Assembly: GCA_964559135.1 (NCBI GenBank)
Contig: CAZLGG010000001.1
Location: forward strand, 72,163-136,162
Reading direction: 5' to 3'
DNA length: 64,000 bases
DNA from: an uncultured Planctomycetia bacterium
GTDB taxonomy: Bacteria > Planctomycetota > GCA-002687715 > DRQF01
A program made the translations under genes and the position numbers. Shown one piece after another: positions 27,739 through 35,757 of this stretch; positions within the stretch are counted from its first letter, which is position 1, and each line of letters starts with the position of its first letter. The notes under the pieces are model-generated. The model was not told where the DNA came from. It did no database searches and saw nothing but the letters and a program-made list of their open reading frames with translations.

Positions 27739-29883
27739 ATGCGTCGATCACAGTCCTCGATCTTTTTGATCCTCACCTTTCTCCTCGGTCTGGTCGCAAC
27801 GGCCTCGGCCCAAGTCCGTCCCGTACGGCCGGTGACGTCGACTCCCCGGGTCGGTCCGACGGGCAACGGCGGGACCCATCGTCCGACGCGCCCGACACCT
27901 CCCGACGGCCGTCCTGGACGGCGTCGGTCCAGGCCGCAGTCGACGCCGACGCCCGCGGGCGGGGGGGCGCCCGGGTCGTTCACTCCCTCCGGAGTCGGTG
28001 AGGCCAGTCCGCGCCCCGTGGAGGGCGTCGGAAGTCCTTCACCTACCGGCCCCGTCCCCGGAGGGAGCGGCGGGACCACGCCCACCCCCGTCTCGACGCT
28101 GCCCACGCCTCCGGGGCTCGCGGGTTTCGGCATTCCCCGGGCCGCCGACCCCTCGCCTGCGCCCTTGCCCAAGGGGGGCGAGACCGGGCCTTTGGGAGAC
28201 GCGAATTCCGAGGACAGTTGGCTGAATTGGTGGCGGCTCAACGAGGCCTGGTATCTCGACCTCGAGCGCCGCTATCTGTCGAGAAACCGAGAGCGCGAGC
28301 TCGATGCGGATCTCTTCACTCCCGCGGACACTCCGGTCGCCCGTCCCGCGGATGCCACTTCGGAAGTTCTTCGCTCCCGAGTTCTTCCCGTCTTGAAGCG
28401 CCTGACGGCTCACAGTCATCCCGGCGTTCGCGCCGAAGCCGTCTTGGCTCTCGGCAAGATCGGGCAGCGCATCGATCTCCCTTTGATCACGCCCTTGCTC
28501 TCGGATAAGGACAAGAATGTTCGGAAGGCCGCCATCCTGGCCCTGGGACTCTTGAAGACCCCGGCGTCGCGGCCGTTTCTTTCGTCGATCCTCAAGAGCC
28601 GTCGGAGGCAGGATGCGGAGATCGCCTATGCGGCGGTCGCCCTGGGCTTGCTGGGACAAAGAAAAGCTGTTCCTGTTCTGATCCAGCGACTGAAGCAGGG
28701 TCGGGGTGTCCGCGAAGTGGAATCGTCCATCCTGTATGCCCTGGGGCTCCTCGATACGCCCCGGTCGCGCGCCTTCCTCGAGTACTACGTTTTGTCGCCG
28801 TCGCGGGATGATGTCCTCCGTTCGGTGGGCGTGCAGGCTCTGGCTCTGGGCGGCCATCCCGAGTCGATCGACGTGTTGCTCCGCGTCGTGGACGATCCGG
28901 ACGTGAACATCCGCCGCAGCGCGGTCATCGGCCTTGGCCGGGTGCGGTTCGTCAGCCCCTTCGCGATGGACTTGGAGGTCGCTGAACGGGAGTTGGCGGA
29001 GCACTTCGACGGAGACGGTACGGAGCGCGCCGACCTCATCGCCGGCGACTATCTCGGCCGGCTTCGCCTGAAGGCCGAAGAGGACACGCTTCGACTTGCA
29101 GCCCTGAAGGAGGATGTCGTGGCGCGGCTCGTCAAGGACGGTCTCGGGGACAGCGACGTCATGGTGCGGAACTTCGCGGCGTTGGCTTTGGGGGAGTTGG
29201 GGGGCACCCAGGCGCGCAAGGCTCTGCAGCACCTTCTCGAGACGACGCGTCTCAACTCGACGCGGGCTTTCGCCTCACTGGGTTTGGCCGTCGACGGCGA
29301 CAAGGCTGACCGCAAAGTCGTCTTCCGGCGCTTGGCCAAGGGACGTATCGATCCGTCGACCCGCGCCGCGATGATGCTTTCGCTGGGTCTTCTGGGTGAA
29401 GGGGGCGTCTCCGACTTCGCCATCCGACGTCTCCAGAACCTGGGCGACACCACCAGTTCTCGCTTCGCCGCGGTGTCGTTGGGGCTCGTCGGTGAGAAGA
29501 GAGCCCTGCCGTTTCTCCGCACTGGGGTGACTCGCAGCGGACGCCCCGAACTGAAGCGCGCCTTCGGTCTGGGCCTGGCTCTCTTGGGTGACACCGAGGT
29601 CGTGAAATCTCTCGGAAAACTATTGAACGCATCCAAAGCCAGTGAAACCCGGATTCAGACGGCGGCCGCGCTTTCCGCGATCAACGACATCTCCGCCATG
29701 GACGTCCTCTTGAAGGCCGCCACGTCGAAGAAGCACAAGGCGAAGGATATCGAGTTGGCGGCGTTCGCGCGCGCCATCGGCGTCATCGGGGAGCGGGGCT
29801 GGCGCCCCATCCTCTCGCCGGTGTTCCGGCATCTGAACTACCTGACGCCGGTTCAGGCCTTGAGGGAGATCGCACTGCTCTGA
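27739..29883 (+). CDS. Secreted HEAT-repeat (PBS-lyase-like) protein with an N-terminal Pro/Thr/Gly-rich linker
   Basis: Start at internal ATG 27739 (MRRSQSSIFLILTFLLGLVATASAQ signal peptide; GGAG 12 nt upstream). ~100-aa P/T/G-rich low-complexity segment. Then repeated xVRxxAxxALGxxG HEAT-like units. Confidence 0.75.
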   Translation: MRRSQSSIFLILTFLLGLVATASAQVRPVRPVTSTPRVGPTGNGGTHRPTRPTPPDGRPGRRRSRPQSTPTPAGGGAPGSFTPSGVGEASPRPVEGVGSPSPTGPVPGGSGGTTPTPVSTLPTPPGLAGFGIPRAADPSPAPLPKGGETGPLGDANSEDSWLNWWRLNEAWYLDLERRYLSRNRERELDADLFTPADTPVARPADATSEVLRSRVLPVLKRLTAHSHPGVRAEAVLALGKIGQRIDLPLITPLLSDKDKNVRKAAILALGLLKTPASRPFLSSILKSRRRQDAEIAYAAVALGLLGQRKAVPVLIQRLKQGRGVREVESSILYALGLLDTPRSRAFLEYYVLSPSRDDVLRSVGVQALALGGHPESIDVLLRVVDDPDVNIRRSAVIGLGRVRFVSPFAMDLEVAERELAEHFDGDGTERADLIAGDYLGRLRLKAEEDTLRLAALKEDVVARLVKDGLGDSDVMVRNFAALALGELGGTQARKALQHLLETTRLNSTRAFASLGLAVDGDKADRKVVFRRLAKGRIDPSTRAAMMLSLGLLGEGGVSDFAIRRLQNLGDTTSSRFAAVSLGLVGEKRALPFLRTGVTRSGRPELKRAFGLGLALLGDTEVVKSLGKLLNASKASETRIQTAAALSAINDISAMDVLLKAATSKKHKAKDIELAAFARAIGVIGERGWRPILSPVFRHLNYLTPVQALREIALL

Positions 29884-29916
29884 GCGGCTCGACAACGGAT
29901 TTCGCCGTTTGGGCGG

Positions 29917-32544
29917 TCACGGTTCGACGGCCCTGGCCGCGCGAAGTCCCAAGTTGTAAAGAGGCGTCTCCGGCAAGAGCTTGTCCCTGTTGGCGGAACG
30001 GGCGCGGACGGCCAGATAACTGAAACAGCCGCCTCGAAACACCCGTTCCGCGGTGGACGATTTCAGGAGAAGCCCGGTACCCGGGGTGTGTCCTCCTTCA
30101 TAGGGTCCGAAAGCGTCCTCGCACCACTCCCAGATGTTGCCATGGACGTCGTAGAGCCCGTAGCCGTTGGGGGCGAAGCTCCCCACGGGAGCTGTCATCG
30201 GAAACCCGTCTTGGATCCCCTGCTCATAGATCACGCCGGCTCCGAATCCTTCGAGGAATGACTCGTCGGCCAGGTTGGCGTACTTCGCGCACTGGAAGAC
30301 GTCGTCGCCGAAACTCCAGGGCGACGTCGTGCCTCCCCGCGCGGCGAATTCCCACTGAGATTCCGTGGGCACGGCGAGCCCGAATCTGGTGAGCAGTTGT
30401 CTTGCCCTGAACCACGTGACGTTCTCCAAGGGTCGCATCAGGCATCCCTCGTCATCGAGACGTCCACCGCTGGTTTTCGCGGTCCAATAGGAGGGGTCGT
30501 GTCCCCCCGACATCCTCATCCATTGCGCACGCGTGATCTCGAACTTCCCGATGAAGTAACTCGTCAAACTCACCGGATGAGGGGGCGATTCGTCCTCTTC
30601 GGCTGAAGAATCGTAATTCGCCTTGTCGGCTGAGGAGGCCTGAGCTCCCTGCAGGAAGGTCTTGGCGGGGAGGAGAACCAGGATGATTCCCGTCGTGGCG
30701 TCAAACGGAGTCAGGAGTCCCGCCGCATCCCGATGGGGATAGGGGGCTCCTCGCTCGTGACTGGCCCAGTGGAGAAACTCCTCGTGGCCGGAACTGGGGT
30801 CGGGGCCCAGCGGAACGAGGCCCTCCTGCGGACGGACGACGAATCCCCGATACCGCTCGTTGCGTCGCATACGATCGGCGCAGGCCTTCCAGCGAGATTC
30901 GGCGTCGACAAGCGTGGCAAAGACCAGGGCTTCGGAGGCCTCTCGGCGTTTTCGGAGTTCGGCGAGGCCTCCGTCCGGGGCGTTCACGAATCGCCCGAGA
31001 TCCCTCACCAACTCCGTGAGAACCTCGTGTTTCCAAGCGAGAAAATTGGCATCGGGTTCGGGGAAGGTCCAGGATTCGTGGGGGGCGGACGGCGGCCGGC
31101 CCAACGCCTCGAGCTTTCGCAGGGCGCGTTCATGCTCCGCCAGCCGTTCCACCAAGGCCCGGTAGCGGGATTGAAACGCGTCGATTCTCGGGATGAGAGC
31201 TCGTCCGAGCGGCCAGAGGTCTTCGATATCCCGCTGGGCTTCGGCCATCAGTCGCACGTCCGCCATGCGCCGGGCCTCCGCGAGGGCGCCGACGGCTTCG
31301 TTCGTCTTGGTAACGAGGAGTCGATTCGTTCGATCGAGTTCCTTGTTTTTCCAAGTCGTCCAGGCGAGTCCGGCCACGAGAAACAAAAAGAGCGCGGAAC
31401 CCAGCGAGGCGATGACCGGATTGCGTCTGGCCCAGAGCGTCAATCTCGTGACGGCTCCCGTGGAGCGCGCTTGAATGGGCTCGAAGCGTTGAAAGCGTCT
31501 GAGGTCGTCGGCGAGACCCCTCGCCGTCTGGTAGCGGCGGTCCGGGTTCTTCTCCAGGCACCGGTGGACCACGACCTCGAGGTCCTTGGGGATTTCCGCA
31601 TTGAGGCGACGGAGCGACGGTGTCGGCTCGAAATTGATTTTTCGATAGAGCCCTTCACGGGTGGGGGATTCGAAGGGGCGCTGAAGCGTGAGGCTCTCGA
31701 ACAGGGCGACTCCCAGGGAATAGATGTCGGAGCGTCGATCCACGCGAATGCGATTGGCCGCCAATTGCTCAGGAGACATGTAGGCGGGGGTTCCCATGAA
31801 GTCGCCTGTCATCGTCAGCTGGGGCCCGTCGCCTCTCTCGTCGTGAGCGAGGCCGAAGTCGAGGATCATCGCCCCGCCCGTCGGTGTGACCATGAGGTTG
31901 CCCGGTTTGATGTCGCGGTGCACCAAGCCCGCTTCATGAGCTTCGTGAAGAGCGTCGGCCGCACTCTCGAAGAACCGCACGATGCGGAGGATTTCGGGTC
32001 TGGCAGGTCCCCCGGTGCGGCTCGCGCCCGGTGAGCGTGATGCGTCATCCCGGCGGACATCCGGAATGGCGACCGTGGAGATGAATTCATCGTGTTGGGC
32101 GGGGGCGTCGGGCCCCTTCGTGGCGTGGCTTTCCGCGATGCGTTGCTGGAGAGAACTTCCGTCCACGAGTTGCATCGCGATCCACGGCAGGCCGTGGGCT
32201 TCACCGAACTCGTAGACGGAGCAGATCCCCGGGTGGTCCAGCCGCGAGGCGACTTCGGCTTCGCGGGCGAAGCGCGCCACGATGCGGGAACGGAGGGTCG
32301 GGTCGACGAAGTCGAGGCGTCGGCTGAGCAGCTTGAGAGCCACCTTGCGGTGCAGGCGATTGTCTACCGCAAGGTAGACCTCGCCCTGCCCTCCGCTGCC
32401 CAGCAGACGGAGGAGCGTGAAATGCGCGATCGTCTTTTGGGCAGGTTCCGACGAGCCGTCGATCCCACCTCCGATGACGGTGGGCGGACTCAGGTCATCG
32501 ACCGGTTCGGTCGGGGAGTTCTTCGGGGGATCGTCATTCGTCAT
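29917..32544 (-). CDS. Ser/Thr protein kinase with a TM segment and a C-terminal FGE-sulfatase (SUMF1-like) domain
   Basis: Kinase motifs GSGGQGEVY, VALKLL, HRDIKPGNLMV, DFGLA, SPEQ. Hydrophobic helix VIASLGSALFLFLVAGLAW. C-terminal WEFAARGG...YGLYDVHGNIWEWCED...RVFRGGCF, typical of the formylglycine-generating-enzyme fold. Confidence 0.85.
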   Translation of the reverse strand: MTNDDPPKNSPTEPVDDLSPPTVIGGGIDGSSEPAQKTIAHFTLLRLLGSGGQGEVYLAVDNRLHRKVALKLLSRRLDFVDPTLRSRIVARFAREAEVASRLDHPGICSVYEFGEAHGLPWIAMQLVDGSSLQQRIAESHATKGPDAPAQHDEFISTVAIPDVRRDDASRSPGASRTGGPARPEILRIVRFFESAADALHEAHEAGLVHRDIKPGNLMVTPTGGAMILDFGLAHDERGDGPQLTMTGDFMGTPAYMSPEQLAANRIRVDRRSDIYSLGVALFESLTLQRPFESPTREGLYRKINFEPTPSLRRLNAEIPKDLEVVVHRCLEKNPDRRYQTARGLADDLRRFQRFEPIQARSTGAVTRLTLWARRNPVIASLGSALFLFLVAGLAWTTWKNKELDRTNRLLVTKTNEAVGALAEARRMADVRLMAEAQRDIEDLWPLGRALIPRIDAFQSRYRALVERLAEHERALRKLEALGRPPSAPHESWTFPEPDANFLAWKHEVLTELVRDLGRFVNAPDGGLAELRKRREASEALVFATLVDAESRWKACADRMRRNERYRGFVVRPQEGLVPLGPDPSSGHEEFLHWASHERGAPYPHRDAAGLLTPFDATTGIILVLLPAKTFLQGAQASSADKANYDSSAEEDESPPHPVSLTSYFIGKFEITRAQWMRMSGGHDPSYWTAKTSGGRLDDEGCLMRPLENVTWFRARQLLTRFGLAVPTESQWEFAARGGTTSPWSFGDDVFQCAKYANLADESFLEGFGAGVIYEQGIQDGFPMTAPVGSFAPNGYGLYDVHGNIWEWCEDAFGPYEGGHTPGTGLLLKSSTAERVFRGGCFSYLAVRARSANRDKLLPETPLYNLGLRAARAVEP

Positions 32545-32559
32545 GGCGCAATCCCCACC

Positions 32560-32579
32560 CTCCCCGATGAGACGGGGAG
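32560..32579 (-). promoter_or_regulatory. 7-bp perfect stem-loop (CTCCCCG-ATGAGA-CGGGGAG), 15 nt upstream of the kinase start codon, in the nadC–kinase intergenic region
   Basis: Read directly. GGAGG within/adjacent to the 3' arm could act as an SD. Confidence 0.4.
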
Positions 32580-32668
32580 TGTCAAGATGACCCTCTTGAT
32601 GGGAGTCACGAAGTCGTGGGATCAGCGGCCTCGGTCGCCATCGGCAGCCCTCCCGCGTGCTTGATGCC

Positions 32669-33559
32669 TCAGTCGAAAAGAAGGGTCAGATCGGGGGCGC
32701 GAACGCTGTGGGTCAGGGCTCCCATGGAGATCCGGTCGACACCGGTGGCCGCCACCTCGCGGAGGGCCTCCGGACGGATTCCACCCGAAGCTTCGAGCAG
32801 CGGCCGGCCGCCCTGGGCGTCTCGCAGGGAGACGGCTCGGCGAAGGGCGTCGGTCGGCATGTTGTCGAGCAGGACGATGTCCACGGTGGGATCGAGGGCG
32901 AGGACGGAGTTCAATTGTTCGAGGGATTCCACCTCGATCTCGACGAGCATGCCCTCGGGGCGTGCGGCCAGGAGCGCGGCCACGGTGTGCGCGAAGTCTT
33001 CCCCTTGCGATCCGGAGAGTGCGAAGTGGTTCTCCTTGGCGAGGATCTGATCGTGGAGCCCCAGACGGTGGTTGGTGCCACCGCCCATGAGGACTGCGTA
33101 CTTGTCGAGGCGCCTCCACCCGGGAAGTGTTTTTCGGGTTTCTAAAAGGCGGACCTTCTCGTTCGCCATGAGCTTCACGCAATGACGCGTGATGGTCGCG
33201 ATGCCCGTCATCCGCTGCAGCAGGTTCAGGAGGAGTCGCTCGGCGGAGAGGATCTCGCCGGCCGGCCCCTCGATCTCAGCCAGCACTTCGCCGGCGGTGA
33301 GGGTCCGGCCGTCTTCGACCGCCTCCTCGATATGAAAGGTCGCGCCCATGAGGTCCCGCACCCGCGATAGCAGGGGAAGGCCCGCCACCACCACGTCCTC
33401 GCGCGTGAGAATGCGGGCGTGTCCCGCGCGGCTTTCCGGGACCATGAGCTCGGTCGTCACGTCACCGCGCCCCAGGTCCTCCTCGAGGGCGAGCTGGAGC
33501 AACGTGTCCGTACTGGGGTGGTTGAGGAGGGCGAGGGGGTCGGTGGAGGTCGGGGTCAT
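32669..33559 (-). CDS. nadC: Nicotinate-nucleotide pyrophosphorylase (quinolinate phosphoribosyltransferase)
   Basis: 296 aa, full-length collinear with the NadC family (…LETRKTLPGWRRLDKYAVLMGGGTNHRLGL…). Confidence 0.85.
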   Translation of the reverse strand: MTPTSTDPLALLNHPSTDTLLQLALEEDLGRGDVTTELMVPESRAGHARILTREDVVVAGLPLLSRVRDLMGATFHIEEAVEDGRTLTAGEVLAEIEGPAGEILSAERLLLNLLQRMTGIATITRHCVKLMANEKVRLLETRKTLPGWRRLDKYAVLMGGGTNHRLGLHDQILAKENHFALSGSQGEDFAHTVAALLAARPEGMLVEIEVESLEQLNSVLALDPTVDIVLLDNMPTDALRRAVSLRDAQGGRPLLEASGGIRPEALREVAATGVDRISMGALTHSVRAPDLTLLFD

Positions 33560-33945
33560 CGCGGGTCCATGTCCAACAGAGGAAGAATCGACTGTAACTG
33601 ATTCTTCCCGAGACCGGGGATGAGAGACAAGTCGCCAGCGGAATGAAAGGGGCCCAGCCGTCGACGGTAGGCCACCACGCGCCTGGCGAGGGCCGGACCG
33701 ATTCCGGGCAAAAGCTGGAGCCGCGCCGCCGGGTCCACGTTGGGGCGAAACGATCCAGGCGCCGACCGGCGGAGCCCGCGGGCCAGGCGCAGCGATCGTT
33801 TGACCTCGTCGTCGCGAAGCGCGGGCTCCAATCCGGCGCGGAGGAGTAGAACGGCGAGGAGGACGAGGAGGAACAGGTGAGCACTGCGGCGGGTCCGGCG
33901 TCGTCGTGCTTGGTGTCGCAGCCGGGCGTCAATCATGGGTCGCAA
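33556..33945 (-). CDS. comEA: ComEA-like helix-hairpin-helix DNA-binding protein
   Basis: N-terminal TM (HLFLLVLLAVLLL). Tandem HhH (LLPGIGPALARRVVAYRRRLGPFHSAGDLSLIPGLGKNQL). ATGA overlap with nadC. Confidence 0.8.
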   Translation of the reverse strand: MRPMIDARLRHQARRRRTRRSAHLFLLVLLAVLLLRAGLEPALRDDEVKRSLRLARGLRRSAPGSFRPNVDPAARLQLLPGIGPALARRVVAYRRRLGPFHSAGDLSLIPGLGKNQLQSILPLLDMDPR

Positions 33946-34307
33946 GTCGGTTGGCCTTTTCCCTCCTGACGTGGAGGGGCTTGCGGGGTGACGCGAATTC
34001 CCGTGTCGGCCGAGGCCTGGGTTGTCTTTTTCTCGATCCGGTGCTCACAGAAAACTTGAAGAATGGTTGATGCGGTCGACGGGGGGTGGTGAAATGGATT
34101 CGAGAAGGTCGCGAGCGCACCCGTGTCGTCGGAGGTGCCCCGAGACGGGGCCGCAGTGACATGGGACCCCTCGGCGGCCCCATGCGCGGAAGGGAAAGAG
34201 ACATGGCGAGACATGCGTTTGAATTGAAAAGGGGCGACGTTCACGGGCCAAGCTGTGGGGCGGCGCGGACGAGGTATCCGTGGAGTCGGGTGGCGCTGGC
34301 GTCGTGA

Positions 34308-35153
34308 GTGTTGTCGCTGGTCGCCGCCGCCCAACTGCCTCTTCGGTACGAGTTCCAAGACTCCAAGACCGATGTGGCCTCCATGAGCGTTGCTCCCGTT
34401 GGAGACGTCAATGGGGACGGCGTCGGCGACATCATCTTGGGCGACCAGCACTTCCCGCACATGGGTTTCTCCACCCAGGCCACGGGAGCCGTGGCCGTTC
34501 TTTCGGGCGTGGATGGGACGCCCGACTTCGCCGCGTCGGGACCTTGGTGGGGAGATCCGTCCCTCGGGATGGATGGTTCGGGCTTCGGTTTCATCCGCGC
34601 TTACTCAGGCGTGGATCTCTCCGTCATCTTCGAGGTCTTCGGGACAGGCCTCGACCGGTTGGGTCTCGGACTGGCGGGAATGGGGGACCTGAACGGCGAC
34701 GGGTTCTCCGAGATCGGGGCCTCGTTGCTGTCGTTCTCATCCACGCCCGGAGTGGCCGGCGCCAGGGTCTACAGCGCGGGCGGCGTGAGGCGCTACGGTG
34801 TGGGCTTGGGCGGACTGCAGACTTTGGATGCGGATTGGATGCCCGCTCCGGCGGGGGATCGCGCCCTGGGGTCGGTGGTTTGCACCGGGGGCCAGCCGGG
34901 GGGAGCGGGCTTGCTCGGCGTGAGTTTGGGCGAGGCCGACGCTTCGGTGATGGGGGTTCCGGTCCTGATCGATCCGAACTCCACCCAACTCTTTTTCACC
35001 TCACCCTTCGTGTTCGATGGAACGGGAAGCTACTCCGCGTCGGCGTTCCTTCGGGTTCCGTCGGCGGCCGGGCTGTTGGTTCGCGCCCAATTCTTCGATC
35101 TGGCGCCGCCCTTCGGGTCTTCCAACGGGTTGGAGTTTCTCCTGTTGCCTTGA
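34308..35153 (+). CDS. FG-GAP (integrin-alpha-like) repeat protein
   Basis: Repeated DxNGDG motifs (GDVNGDGVGDIILGD; GMGDLNGDGFSEIGAS). ORF begins with GTG at 34308, immediately after an in-frame TGA. No clear signal peptide; an internal ATG at 34383 is an alternative start. Confidence 0.6.
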   Translation: MLSLVAAAQLPLRYEFQDSKTDVASMSVAPVGDVNGDGVGDIILGDQHFPHMGFSTQATGAVAVLSGVDGTPDFAASGPWWGDPSLGMDGSGFGFIRAYSGVDLSVIFEVFGTGLDRLGLGLAGMGDLNGDGFSEIGASLLSFSSTPGVAGARVYSAGGVRRYGVGLGGLQTLDADWMPAPAGDRALGSVVCTGGQPGGAGLLGVSLGEADASVMGVPVLIDPNSTQLFFTSPFVFDGTGSYSASAFLRVPSAAGLLVRAQFFDLAPPFGSSNGLEFLLLP

Positions 35154-35348
35154 GCCCCGGCAGTCTCCGGCGCTCCCCGGCCGCGACCGCCGCCTCGCGC
35201 CGCGGTGGCGCGGCATCGGGATAAGTGTCTGTGATTTCATCAATAGCGCCGATGAATCCTTCCGATAGAAACACGGAGCCGGTCGCCAGGGGAGCGGCCG
35301 GAGACGAGTGCACCCGTCCCGGGGCGCCGAGGGAAGGAGGCTGCAAGG

Positions 35349-35729
35349 ATGGCCACGATCACGAAGAAGGAACTCGTCAACCGGATCGCCGCGAAGACGG
35401 GTCAGACCAAGGTGGTGACGAAGCTCATCATCCAGATGTTCCTGGACGAGATCATCGATGAGCTCAGTCGCGGTAACCGTCTTGAATTCAGAGAGTTCGG
35501 TGTTTTCGAGGTGAAGGAGAGGGCCGCCCGCAAGGCTCAAAATCCCCGCACTCTCGAAAAGGTCGAGGTGCCGGCGAAAAAGGTGGTCAAGTTCAAGGTG
35601 GGACGACTGATGAAGTCGGTCGTCGCCGGGGAGGAGAGCTTGCCCGCCCACGGAAGCGACCCGTCGCCCGCATCGCAGCCGATCCAGGATTCCAACGGCT
35701 CTCGCCCGCATCCATTCTCGGACTCCTGA
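35349..35729 (+). CDS. HU/IHF-family nucleoid DNA-binding protein with a ~35-aa C-terminal extension
   Basis: MATITKKELVNRIAAKTGQTKVVTKLIIQMFLDEIIDELSRGNRLEFREFGVFEVKERAARKAQNPRT…KVVKFKVGRLMK. Confidence 0.85.
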   Translation: MATITKKELVNRIAAKTGQTKVVTKLIIQMFLDEIIDELSRGNRLEFREFGVFEVKERAARKAQNPRTLEKVEVPAKKVVKFKVGRLMKSVVAGEESLPAHGSDPSPASQPIQDSNGSRPHPFSDS

Positions 35730-35757
35730 AGACCTCGAACTTCGAGCATGATAGGGC

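Noticed and set aside
34086-34307. Possible TGA read-through or selenocysteine joining the 73-codon upstream ORF to the FG-GAP gene.
   Set aside because: The upstream peptide is Arg-rich noise with no signal peptide and no SECIS-like context that I could see. More likely a coincidence of an open frame.
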